Origin: Eledone cirrhosa
Taxonomy: Eukaryota
DNA: 64,000 nt
Assembly: GCA_964016885.1 (NCBI GenBank)
Contig: OZ024743.1
Span: 304,792,001 to 304,856,000 of the forward strand
Reading direction: 5' to 3'
Every line of letters begins with the position of its first letter. Within the stretch, counting starts at the first letter, position 1. Shown one piece after another: positions 23,435-37,300 of the stretch. Under the pieces are notes generated by a model, which did no database searches, had not been told where the DNA came from, and saw only the letters and a list, made by a program, of their open reading frames with translations. The position numbers were made by a program, and so were the translations under genes.

Positions 23435-23779
23435 ATTCTCAGTCTTACTTATATATTTATTCAAGAACAAATACTGAAGATATGAAATTTCAATTGAAGT
23501 CCCGTCAAGCATTTGTGAAACAAAATTCAAGTATCACCTTCAAATACCAATTAAAAGGATATATGAAAGAGTTTGCTGTATTTAGTTATAACATTTCTCC
23601 AAAGAACAAAATTTGGTCCTCAAATCACAATGATACTATAGAATTCACCACTGCTTGTATAGATTTTCCATTTTCAAAGAATATGAATCTGATCTTTCAG
23701 GTGACATCAGATGTAAGATCATCCAATAAAGCATTTGCATATCTGGATGACATTGCCATCAGTAATGAAACATGTAAAT
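23435..23779 (+). CDS. Internal exon, C-terminal half of MAM domain C
   Basis: Acceptor ttttacAG 23433-23434, donor GTaagt 23780. 345 nt, phase 1-1. Translates SYLYIYS...ITFKYQLKG...KIWSS...LIFQVT...AYLDDIAISNETCK. Confidence 0.85.
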
Positions 23780-24057
23780 GTAAGTATCATGATATTTACA
23801 CTTTCTTTTTAATTTATATTTTTCTTTTACAGATATTTTCTATTCATTTTTATGTGACTACTTTGGTATGATAGTTTGTTGCAGCAATAATTTTTACAAA
23901 ACTAGATTCCCTATAAAATGCTAACCACTTAATTATGAAAACTGTGTAGAATCTGTTGGGGGTTTGGAAAACTGGGCTATATGTCATGGACAGAGGTATA
24001 ACATAATGGTTTAATTAAGATTTGAAGTTATAATCATACAATAGTCAAATAATGTAA

Positions 24058-24180
24058 TGAAGGCATGTGGCTTAGTGGTTAGGGAATTAGGTCGGATGAT
24101 ATGTTATGTCCTTCAGCAAGACAATTTATTTCACGTTGCTCTTTCTACCAGGAGATGCAATCGGTAGATAGTATCAGCAA
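24058..24180 (+). mobile_element. Fragment of a second tRNA-derived SINE family
   Basis: A-box-like gtggcttagtggttagg followed by tgtccttcagcaagacaatttatttcac. Confidence 0.55.
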
Positions 24181-24659
24181 TCGGAAAGACCAATGAACAT
24201 TTTTTTTACATGGTCTGATCTGATGAGTTCTACCCCACTCAAGTGAGGTTTGGAGTACTGATGTTTGATTCCTAGGATATCAAAACCTAGAACAATATAA
24301 CAGCTTATTTAATTCATATTATAATCCATTTTACACTTGTTATTATGAAGAGATAAATAATATGAGCTTCCAGCTATTATTCTTTGTGTTTGCAACATAT
24401 TGGTATAAATATGAACTAGCAGAGTGTTGCAATAGAATAAGAAATGTATAAATTAAAAGCAATTTCAGCCAGAGCCCATGAATTGGATACTATAATTAGA
24501 TAATTTAAATCTCAAATGGGCTAGAAAAAGCTTTCATAAGAATATGTTTTGTATGTATGGATCTGTAATTCCTGCTGGAGTCATAGGGGTGCTGTAATGA
24601 CATAAGACATGTTTTGAGCATTTTAAATGTGGTGAGTGCATCCTTTCCCCAGGTCTGAG

Positions 24660-24830
24660 CATAACCAATTACTTCCAGAAACGGGTAGAGAGAGAGAAAA
24701 GAATTGAATCTAGTACTGGACTGGTATTTTTTTATCAACCTCAAAAGTTGCCCTCAGTGGGATTTAAACTGAGATACCTGGAATGAATGCTACAAAGTAT
24801 TCTAACTGATGATTTAATCACTGAGAATTT
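24660..24830 (-). mobile_element. Degenerate SINE copy
   Basis: ctagtactggactggtattttttttatcaacc..gggatttaaact resembles the reverse complement of the common SINE core with an internal deletion. Confidence 0.5.
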
Positions 24831-25384
24831 GCCACACTCATAGGGGTGTATTCAGTCTAATATTACATACTTATACATAAACTTTTATATTAGTTACTAA
24901 ATACTTACTAAACCTTGAAATGACTAAATACTATTGAAAAAATGAAACTAAAACATTACATATTATGTGAGATATATTTTGAATTACAAAAGAATTATTA
25001 TTAGTAAAGAAGACTAATTAAAGATCTCACAATTATGAAGAATATGGAACATTAATATATCCAATATTTTAGGTTTAGTAAGTTCTAATCGTAAAGTAAT
25101 TTTGTTTAATGAAATGTTAAATGTAAACTATTCCAACACTATTGTGATATATACATAAGTATAAAAACTCTTGGGTGAGCTTGACAGCAGAAGGTCTTCA
25201 GTGAAGAAGCCCTCCCTCCTCTTTCAAGTTCAATACTATAGTGATATGTACATAAATATACATCATAAGAAGATGGGAATGGTATGACAGTCATATAATC
25301 CCATAAATTGTTGAAACAATCCTAACGCAGATTTAATGGTTAGGTTGAGGTAAATTCATTTCTTTAACGTGCCAGTTTAAACTA

Positions 25385-28300
25385 GTAATATTAAGGGTCA
25401 TAACAAACTGTAATGTAAGTTATATTAAGGGTCATGACAAACTGTATTGTAAGTTATATTAAGAGTCATAACAAACAGTAGTGTAAGTTATATTAAGGGT
25501 CATAACAAACTGTAATGTAAGTTATATTAAGGGTCATAACAAACTGTAGTGTAAGTTATATTAAGAGTCATAACAAACAGTAGTGTACGTTATATTAAGG
25601 GTCATAAACTGTATTGTAAGTTATATTAAGGGTCATAGCAAACTGTTATGTAAATTATATTAACGGTCATAACAAACTGTAGTGTAAGTTATATTAAGGG
25701 TCATAACAAACTGTAATGTAAGTTATATTAAGGGTCATAACAAACTGTAGTGTAAGTTATATTAAGGGTCATAACAAACTGTAATGTAAGTTATATTAAG
25801 GGTCATAGCAAACTGTAATGTAAGTTATATTAAGGGTCATAGCAAACTGTAATGTAAGATATATTAAGGATCATAACAAACTGTAATGTAAGTTATATTA
25901 AGGGTCATAGCAAACTGTAATGTAAGATATATTAAGGATCATAACAAACTGTAATGTAAGTTATATTAAGGGTCATAGCAAACTGTAATATAAGTTATAT
26001 TAAGGTTCATAACAAACTGTAATGTAAGTTATATTAAGGGTCATAACATACTGTAATATAAGTTATATTAGGGGACATAACAAACTGTAATGTAAGTTAT
26101 ATTAGGGGTCATAACAAACTGTAATGTAAGTTATATTAAGGGTCATAACAAACTGTAATGTAAGTTATATTAAGGGTCATAACAAACTGTATTGTAAGTT
26201 ATATTAAGGTTCATAACAAACTGTAATGTAAGTTATATTAAGGGTCATAACATACTGTAATATAAGTTATATTAAGGGTCATAAGAAACAGTTATGTAAG
26301 TTATATTAACGATCATAACAAACTATAATGTACGTTATATTAAGGGTCATAACAAACTGTAATATAAGTTATATAAAGGGACATAACAAAATGTATTGTA
26401 AGTTATATTAAGAGTCATAACTGTATTGCAAGTTATATTAAGGGTCATAACGTACTGTAATGTAAGTTATATTAAGGTTCATAACAAACTGTAATGTAAG
26501 TTATATAAAGGGTCATAACATACTGTAATGTAAGTTATATTAAGGGTCATAACAAACTTTAATGTAAGTTATATTAAGGGTCGTAATAAACTCTATTGTA
26601 AGTTATATTAAGGGTCATAACAAAATTTATTGTAAGTTATATTAAGGGTCATAACAAACTGTTATGTAAGTTATATTAAGGGTCATAACAAACTGTAGTG
26701 TAAGTTATATTAAGGGTCATAACAAACTGTAATGTAAGTTATATTAAGGGTCATAGCAAACTGTAATGTAAGTTATATTAAGGGTCATAGCAAACTGTAA
26801 TGTAAGATATATTAAGGATCATAACAAACTGTAATGTAAGTTATATTAAGGGTCATAGCAAACTGTAATGTAAGATATATTAAGGATCATAACAAACTGT
26901 AATGTAAGTTATATTAAGGGTCATAGCAAACTGTAATATAAGTTATATTAAGGTTCATAACAAACTGTAATGTAAGTTATATTAAGGGTCATAACATACT
27001 GTAATATAAGTTATATTAGGGGACATAACAAACTGTAATGTAAGTTATATTAGGGGTCATAACAAACTGTAATGTAAGTTATATTAAGGGTCATAACAAA
27101 CTGTAATGTAAGTTATATTAAGGGTCATAACAAACTGTATTGTAAGTTATATTAAGGTTCATAACAAACTGTAATGTAAGTTATATTAAGGGTCATAACA
27201 TACTGTAATATAAGTTATATTAAGGGTCATAAGAAACAGTTATGTAAGTTATATTAACGATCATAACAAACTATAATGTACGTTATATTAAGGGTCATAA
27301 CAAACTGTAATATAAGTTATATAAAGGGACATAACAAAATGTATTGTAAGTTATATTAAGAGTCATAACTGTATTGCAAGTTATATTAAGGGTCATAACG
27401 TACTGTAATGTAAGTTATATTAAGGTTCATAACAAACTGTAATGTAAGTTATATAAAGGGTCATAACATACTGTAATGTAAGTTATATTAAGGGTCATAA
27501 CAAACTTTAATGTAAGTTATATTAAGGGTCGTAATAAACTCTATTGTAAGTTATATTAAGGGTCATAACAAAATTTATTGTAAGTTATATTAAGGGTCAT
27601 AACAAACTGTTATGTAAGTTATATTAAGGGTCATAACAAATTGTAACATAAGTTATATTAGCAGTCATAAAGTGTAATTTAAGTTATATTAAGGGTCATA
27701 ACAAACTCTAATATAAGTTATACTAAGGATCATAACAAACTGTTATGTAAGTTATATTAAGGGTCATAACAAACTGTATTGTAAGGTATATTAAGGGTCA
27801 TAACAAACTGTAATGTAAGTTATATTAGGGGTCATAACAAACTGTAGTGGAAGTTATATTAAGGGCCATAGCAAACTGTTGTGTTAGTTATATCAAGGGT
27901 CATAACAGACTTTAATGTAATTTATATTAAGGTTCATAATTGTATTGTAAGTTATATTCGGAGTCATAACAAACTGTAATGTATGTTATATTAAGGGTCA
28001 TAACATACTGTAATGTACGTTATATTAAGGGTCATAACAAAATAAAATCTAAGTTATATTAAGGGTCATAACAAACTGTTATGTAAGTTATACTAGGGTC
28101 ATAACAAATTGTAATGTATGTTATATTAACGGTCATAACAAACTGTAATGTAAGCTATATTAAGGGTCATAACAAACTGTATTGTAAGTTATATTGAGGG
28201 AAATAACAAACTGTAATATAAGTTATATTAAGGGTCATAACAAACTGTAGTGTAAGTTATATTATGGATCATAACAAATTGTTATGTAAGTTATATTAAG

Positions 28301-31300
28301 CGTCATAAAAAACTGTTATGTAAGTTATATTAGGGGACATAACAAACTGTAGTGTAAGTTATATTAAGGGTCATAACAAACTGTTATGTCAGTTATATTA
28401 AGGGTCATAGCAAACTGTAATGTAAGTGATATTAAGGGACATAACAAACTAATGTAAGTTACATTAAGGGTCATAACAAACGGTAGTGTAAGTTACATTA
28501 AGGGTCATAACAAAATGTAGTGTAAGTTATATTAAGGGATATAAACTGTAATGTAAGTAATATTAAGGGTAACAAACTGTTATGTAAGTTATATTAAGGA
28601 TCACAGCAAACTGTAATGTAAGTGTTATTAAGAGTCATAAGAAACTGTAATGTAAACTACATTAAGGGTCATAACAAAATGCAATGTAAGTTATATTAAG
28701 AGTCATAAGAAACTGTAATGTAAATTACATTGAGGGTCATAACAAACTGCAATGTAAGTTATATTGAGGGTCATAAGAAACTGTAGTGTAAGTTATATTG
28801 TCATAACAAACTGTTATGAAAGTTATATTGAGGGTCATAACAAAATGTTTTGTCGGTTATATTAAGGGTCATAGCCAACTGTAATGTAAGTGATATTAAA
28901 GGACATAACAAACCCTAATGTAACTTACATTAAGCGTCATAACAAACTGTAATGTAAGTTATATTAAGGGTCATAACAAACTGTTTTGTAAGTTATATTA
29001 AGGGTCATAACTGTATTGTAAGTTATATTAAGCGTCATAACATACTGTACAGTAAGTTATATTAATGGTCATAACAAACTGTAGTGTAAGTTATATTAAG
29101 GGTCATAACAAACTGTTATGTAAGTGATATTAAGGGACATAACAAACTGAAATGTAAATGATATTAGGGGTCATAGAAAACTGTAATGTAAGTGATATTA
29201 GGGTTCATAAACTGTAGTGTAAGATATATTAAGGGTTATAACAAACTGTAATTTAACTTATATTAAGGGCCATAAAAACTGTAATATAAGTTATATTAAG
29301 GGTCATAACAAACTGTAATGTAAGTTATATTAAGGGTCATAACAAACTTATTTAGTTATATTAAGGGTCATAGCAGACTGTATTGTAAGTTATATTAAGG
29401 GTTATAACTGTATTGCAAATTATATTAATGGTCATAACATACTGTAATGTAAGTTATATTAAGCGTCATAACTGTATTGTAAGTTATATTAAGGGTCATA
29501 ACATACTGTAATGTACGTTATATTAAGGGTCATAACAAAATAAAATCTAAGTTATATTAGGGGTCATAACAAACTGTTATGTAAGTTATACTAAGGGTCA
29601 TAACAAATTCTAATGTATGTTATATTAACGGTCATAACAAACTGTAATGTAAGCTATATTAAGGGTCATAACAAACTGTAATGTAAGTTATATTAAGGGT
29701 CATAACAAACTGTATTGTAAGTTATATTAAGGGAAATAACAAACTGTAATATAAGTTATATTAAGGGTCATAACAAACTGTAGTGTAAGTTATATTATGG
29801 ATCATAACAAATTGTTATGTAAGTTATATTAAGCGTCATAAAAAACTGTTATGTAAGTTATATTAGGGGACATAACAAACTGTAGTGTAAGTTATATTAA
29901 GGGTCATAACAAACTGTTATGTAAGTTATATTAAGGGTCATAGCAAACTGTAATGTAAGTGATATTTAGGGACATAACAAACTAATGTAAGTTACATTAA
30001 GGGTCATAACAAACGGTAGTGTAAGTTACATTAAGGGTCATAACAAAATGTAGTGTAAGTTATATTAAGGGACATAAACTGTAATGTAAGTAATATTAAG
30101 GGTAACAAATTGTTATGTAAGTTATATTAAGGATCACAGCAAACTGTAATGTAAGTGATATTAAGAGTCATAAGAAACTGTAATGTAAACTACATTAAGG
30201 GTCATAACAAACTGCAACGTAAGTTATATTAACGGTCATAAGAAACTGTAGTGTAAGTTATATTAAGTGTCATAACAAACTGTTATGTAAGTCATATTAA
30301 GGGTCATAAAAAAATGTTTTGTCGGTTATATTAAGGGTCATAGCCAACTGTAATGTAATTGATATTAAGGGACATAACAAACTGTAATGTAAGTTACATT
30401 AAGGGTCATAGCAAACTGTAATGTAAGTTATATTAGAGGACATAACAAACTGTAATGTAAGTTATCTTAAGGGTCATAACAAACTGTATTGTAAGTTATA
30501 TTAACGGTCATAACAAAATGTTATGTAAGTTATATTAGGTGTCATAACAAACTGTAACGTAAGCTATATTAAGGTTCATAACAAACTGTAATGTAAGTTA
30601 TATTAAGGTTCATAACTTTATTGCAAGTTATATTAATTGTCATAACATACTATAATGTAAATTTTATTAAGGTTCATAACAAACTTTATTGTAAGTTTTA
30701 TTAAGGGTCATAACAAACTATTATGTAAGTTATATAAGGGTCATAACATAGTGTAATGTAAGTGATATTAAGGAACATAACAAACTGTAATGTAAGTTAC
30801 ATTAAGTGTCATAACAAACTGTATTGTAAGTTATATTAGGAGCCATAACAAACTGTGTTGCAAGTTATATTAAGCTTCATAACAAACTGTAATGTAATTT
30901 ATATTAGGGGTCATTACAAATTGTAATGTAAGTAATATTAAGGCTCATAACATACTGTAAGGTAAGTTATATTAAGGGACATAAAAAACTGTAATGTAAG
31001 TTATATTAAGAGTCATAACAAACTGTAATATAAGTTATATTAAGGGTCATAGCAAACTGTAATGTAAGTGATATTAAGGGACATAACAAACTGTAATGTA
31101 AGTGATATTAGGGGTCATACCAAACTGTATTGTACGTTATATTACAGGTCATAACAAACTGTAGTGTAAGTTATATTAAGGGTCATAACAAACTGTAATG
31201 TAAGTGATATTAAAGGACATAACAAACTGTAATGTAAGTTATATTAAGGGTCATAATTGTAATGTAAGTGATATTATGGAACATAATAAACTATAATGTA

Positions 31301-34300
31301 AGTTACATTAAGGGTCATAACAAACTGTAATGTAAGTTATATTAGGGGCCATAACGTACTGTAATGTAAGTTATATTAAGGGTCATAACAAACTGTATTG
31401 TAAGTTATATTAACGGTCATAACAAAATGTTATGTAAGTTATATTAAGGGTCATAACAAACTGTAATGTAAGTGATATTAATTGTCATAACAAACTGTAA
31501 TGTAAGTTATATTAATTGTCATAACATACTATAATGTAAGTTATATTAAGGGTCATAACAAACTATTATGTAAGTTGTATTAAGGGTCATAACTGTACTG
31601 TAAGTTATATTAAGGGTGATAACATACTGTAATGTAAGTGATATTAAGGGACATAACAAACTGTAATGTAAGTTACATTAAGTGTCATAACACACTGCAA
31701 TATAAGTTATATTAGGGATCATAACAAACTGTAGTGTAAGTTATATTAAGCATCATAACAAACTGTTTCATCAGTTATGTTATGGGTCATAACAAACTGT
31801 TATGTAAGTTATATTAGGGGACATAACAAACTGTAGTGTAAGTTATATTAAGGGTCATAAGAAACTGTAGTGTAAGTTATATTGAGGGTCATAACAAACT
31901 GTAGTGTAAGTTATATTAAGGATCATAACAAACTGTAATGTAAGTTATATTAAGGGTCATAACAAACTGTAATGTAATTTATATTAAGGGTCATAACAAA
32001 CTGTATTGTAAGTTATATTAACGTTCATAAAAAACTGAAATGTAAGTTATATTAAGGGTCATAACTGTATTGTAAGTTATATTAATGGTCATAACAAACT
32101 GTAGTGTAAGTTATATTAAGGGTCATAGCAAACTGTTATGTAAGTTATATTAAGGGTCATATCAAACTGTTATGTAAGTTATATTAAGGGCCATAGCAAA
32201 CTGTAATGTAAGTGATATTAAGGGACATAACAAACTGTAATGTAAGTGATATTAGGGGTCATAGCAAACTGTAATATAAGTGATATTAGGTGTCATAACA
32301 AACTGTAGTGTAAGTTATATTAAGGATCATAACAAACTGTAATGTAAGTTATATTAAGGGTCATAACAAACTGTACGGTAATTTATATTAAGGGTCATAA
32401 CTGTAATGTAAGAGATATTATGGAACATAATAAACTATAATGTAAGTTACATTAAGGGTCATAACAAATTGTAATGTAAGTTATATTAGGGGCCATAACG
32501 AACTGTAATGTAGGTTATATTAAGGCTCATAACAAACTGTAATGTAAGTTATATTAAGGGTCATAACAAACTGTATTGTAAGTTATATTAAGGTTCATAA
32601 CAAACTGTAATGTAAGTTATATTAAGGGTCATAACAAACTGTAATGTAAGTTATATTAAGGGTCATAACAAACTGTAATGTAAGTTATATTTATTGTCAT
32701 AACATACCATAATGTAAGTTATATTAAGGTTCATAACAAACTTTATTGTAAGTTTTATTAAGGGTCATAACAAACTATTATGTAAGTTGTATTAAGGGTC
32801 ATAACTGTATTGTAAGTTATATTAAGGGTAATAACATACTGTAATGTAAGTGATATTAAGGGACATAACAAACTGTTATGTAAGTTACATTAAGTGTCAT
32901 AACACACTGCAATGTAAGTTATATTAGGGGCCATAACACACTGTAATGTAAGTTATATTAAGGGTCATAACAAACTGTTATGTAAGTTATATTAAGGGTC
33001 ATAACAAACAGTATTGTAAGTTATATTAAGGGTCATAACTGTATTGCAAGTTATATTAATGGTCATAATAATCTGTAATATAAGTTATATTAAGAGTCAT
33101 CGCAAACTGTAATGTAAGTGATATTAAGGGACACAACAAACTGTAATGTAAGTTACATGCAGGGTCATAACAAACTGTAATGTATGTTATAATAGGGATC
33201 ATAACAAACTGTAGTATAAGTTATATTAAGGGTCATAACAAACTGTTATGTAAGTTATATTAAGCTTCATAACAAACTGTTTCGTTAGGTATATTATGGG
33301 TCATAACAAACTCTTATGTAAGTTATATTAAGCGTCATAACAAACTGTTTTGTAAGTTATATTAGGGGACATAACAAACTGTAGTGTAAGTTATATTAAG
33401 AGTCATAACAACCTAATGTAAGTTACATTAAGGGTCATAACAAACTGTAGTGTAAGATATATTAAGGGACATAAACTGTAATGTAAGGAATATTAAGGGT
33501 AACAAACTGTTATGTAAGTTATATTAAGGATCACAGCAAACTGTAATGTAAGTGATATTAAGAGTCATAAAAAACTGTAATGTAAATTACATTGAGGGTC
33601 ATAACAAACTGCAATGTAAGTTATATTGAGGGTCATAAGAAACTGTAGTGTAAGTTATATTGTCATAACAAACTGTTATGAAAGTTATATTAAGGGTCAT
33701 AACAAAATGATTTGTCGGTTATATTAAGGGTCATAGCCAACTGTAATGTAAGTGATATTAAAGGACATAACAAACTGTAATGTAACTAACATTAAGGGTC
33801 ATAACAAACTGTAATGTGAGTTATATTAAGGGTCATAACAAACTGTTTTGTAAGTTATATTAAGGGTCATAACTGTATTGTAAGTTATATTAAGCGTCAT
33901 AACATACTGTACAGTAAGTTATATTAATGGTCATAACAAACTGTAGTGTAAGTTATATTAAGGGTCATAACAAACTGTTATGTAAGTGATATTAAGGGAC
34001 ATAACAAACTGAAATGTAAGTGATGTTAGGGGTCATAGAAAACTGTAATGTAAGTGATATTAGGGGTCATAAACTGTAGTGTAAGATATATTAAGGGTTA
34101 TAACAAACTGTAATGTAAGTTATATTAAGGGCCATAAAAACTGTAATATAAGTTATATTAAGGGTCATAACAAACTGTAATGTAAGTTATATTAAGGGTC
34201 ATAACAAACTTATTTAGTTATATTAAGGGTCATAGCAGACTGTATTGTAAGTTATATTAAGGGTTATAACTGTATTGCAAATTATATTAATGGTCATAAC

Positions 34301-37300
34301 ATACTGTAATGTAAGTTATATTAAGCGTCATAACTGTATTGTAAGTTATATTAAGAGTCATAACAAACTGTTATGTAAGTTATATTAAGGGACATAACAA
34401 ACTGTAATATAAGTTATATTAAGGGTCATAACAAACTGTTATGTAAGTTATATTAAGGGTTATAACAAATTGTAATGTAAGTTATATTAAGGGTCATAAC
34501 ATACTGTAATGTAACTAATATTAGGGGCCATAACAAACTGTATAGTTAGTTATATTAAGTCTCATAACAAACTGTAATGTAAGTTATATTAAATATCATA
34601 ACAAACTGGAATGCAAGGTATATTAGCGGTCATAACAAGCTGTAATGTAAGTTATATTAAGGGTCATAACATACTGTAATATACGTTATATTAAGGGTCA
34701 TAACAAACTGAAATGTAAGTTATATTAAGGGTCATAGCAAACTGTTATGTAAGTTATATTAAGGGTCATAAGAAAATGTAATGTAATTTATATTAAGGGT
34801 CATAACAAACAGTATTGTAAGTTATATTAATGGTCATAACTGTATTGCAAGTTATATTAATGGTCATAATAATCTGTAATATAAGTTATATTAAGGGTCA
34901 TCGCAAACTGTAATGTAAGTGATATTAAGGGACACAACAAACTGTAATGTAAGTTACATGAAGGGTCATAACCAACTGTAATGTAAGTTATATTAGGGAT
35001 CATAACAAACTGTAGTATAAGTTATATTAAGGGTCATAACAAACTGTTATGCAAGTTATATTAAGCGTCATTAGAAACTGTTATGTAAGTTATATTAGGG
35101 GACATAACAAACTGTAGTGTAAGTTATATTAAGGGTCATAACAAACTAATGTTAGTTACACTAAGGGTCATAACAAACGGTAGTGTAAGTTACATTAAGG
35201 GTCATAACAAACTGTAATGTAAGATATATTAAGGAGCATAAACTGTAATGTAAGTAATATTAAGGGTAACAAACTGGTTTATAAGTTATATTAAGGATCA
35301 CAGCAAACTGTAATATAAGTGATATTAAGAGTCATAAGAAACTGTAAAGTAAATTACATTAAGGGCCATAACAAACTGCAATGTAAGTTATATTGAGGGT
35401 CATAAGAAACTGTAGTGTAAGTTATATTGTTATAACAAACTGTTATGTAAGTTATATTAAGGGTCATAACAAAATGTTTTGTCGGTTATATTAAGGGTCA
35501 TAGCCAACTGTAATGTAAGTGATATTAAAGGACATAACAGACTGTAATGTAAGTTACATTAAGGATCATAACAAACTGTAATGTAAGTTATATTAAGGGT
35601 CATAACAAACTGTTTTGTAAGTTATATTAACGGTCATAAAAAAATGTTATGTAAGTTATATTAAGGGTCATAACTGTATTGTAAGTTATATTAAGGGTCA
35701 TAACTGTATTGTAAGTTATATTAAGGGTCATAACATACTGTATAGTAAGTTATATTAATGGTCATAACAAACTGTAGTGTAATATATATTAAGGGTCATA
35801 ACAAACTGTAATGTAAGTTATATTAAGGGCCATAAAAACTGTAATATAAGATATATTAAGGGTCATAACAAAATGTATTGTAAGTTACATTAACGGTCAT
35901 AACAAAATGTTATGTAAGTTATATTAGGGGTCATAACAAACTGTAATGTAAGTTATATTAAGGGTCATAACAAACTTATTTAGTTATATTAAGGGTCATA
36001 GCAGACTGTATTGTAAGTTATATTAAGGGTTATAACTGTATTGCAAATTATATTAATGGTCATAACATACTGTAATGTAAGTTATATTTTAAGGGTCATA
36101 ACTGTATTGTAAGTTATATTAAGAGTCATAACAAACTGTTATGTAGGTAATATTAAGGGACATAACAAACTGTAATATAAGTTATATTAAGGGTCATAAC
36201 AAAGTGTTATGTAAGTTATATTAAGGGTTATAACAAATTGTAATGTAAGTTATATTAAGGGTCACAACATACTGTAATGTAAGTAATATTAGGGGTCATA
36301 ACAAACTGTATAGTTAGTTATATTAAGGCTCATAACAAACTGTAATGTATGTTATATTAAAGGACATAACAAACTGGAATGCAAGGTATATTAAGTGTCA
36401 TAACACGCTGCAATGTAAGTTATATTAGGGGCCATTACAAACTGTAATGTAAGTTATATTAAGGGTCATAACAAACTGTTTCCTCAGTTATATTATGGAT
36501 CATAACAAACTGTTATGTGAGTTATATTAAGCCTCATAACAAACTGTTATGTAAGTTATATTAGGGGACATAATAAACTGTAGTGTAAGTTATATTAAGG
36601 GTCATAACAAACTAATGTAAGTTACATTAAGGGTCATAACAAACGGTAGTGTAAGTTACATTAAGGGTCATAACAAACTGTAGTGTAAGTTATATTAAGG
36701 GACATAAACTGTAATGTAAGTAATATTAAGGGTAACAAACTGTTATGTAAGTTATATTAAGCATCACAGCAAACTGTAATGTAAGTGATATTAAGAGTCA
36801 TAAGAAACTGTAATGTAAATTACATTAAGGGTCATAACAAACTGCAATGTAAGTTATATTAAGGGTCATAAGAAACTGTAGTGTAAGTTATATTAAGTGT
36901 CATAACAAACTGTTATGTAACTTATATTAAGGGTCATAACAAAATGTTTCGTCGGTTATATTACGGGTCATAGCCAACTGTAATGTAAGTTATATTAAGG
37001 GGCAACAAACTGTAATGTCAGTTACATTAAGGGTCATAACAAACTCTAATGTAAGTTACATTAAGTGTCATAACAAACTGTATTGTAAGTTATATTAACG
37101 GTCATAACATAATGTTATGTAAGTTATATTAGGGGTCATAACAAACTGTAATGTAAGCTATATTAAGGTTCATAACAAACTTTATTGTAAGTTTTATTAA
37201 GGGTCATAACAAACTATTATGTAACTTATATAAGGGTCATAACTGTATTGTAAGTTATATTAAGGGTCATAACATACTGTAATTTAAGTGATATTAAGGG

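Noticed and set aside
90-23779. Assigning a gene symbol such as MALRD1 or MAMDC
   Set aside because: Only MAM domains are visible, with no LDLa, signal peptide or other domain, so orthology cannot be determined.
23780-23871. Hydrophobic, transmembrane-like tails on ORFs 23482-23871 and 140-619
   Set aside because: They are read-through past strong GT donors into T-rich intron sequence. Intron retention cannot be supported without transcripts.
24183-24235. Possible hammerhead (GAAA-GACCA..TGGTC-TG..CTGATGA)
   Set aside because: The cleavage position would be G, there is no room for stem I, and no stem II partner was found.
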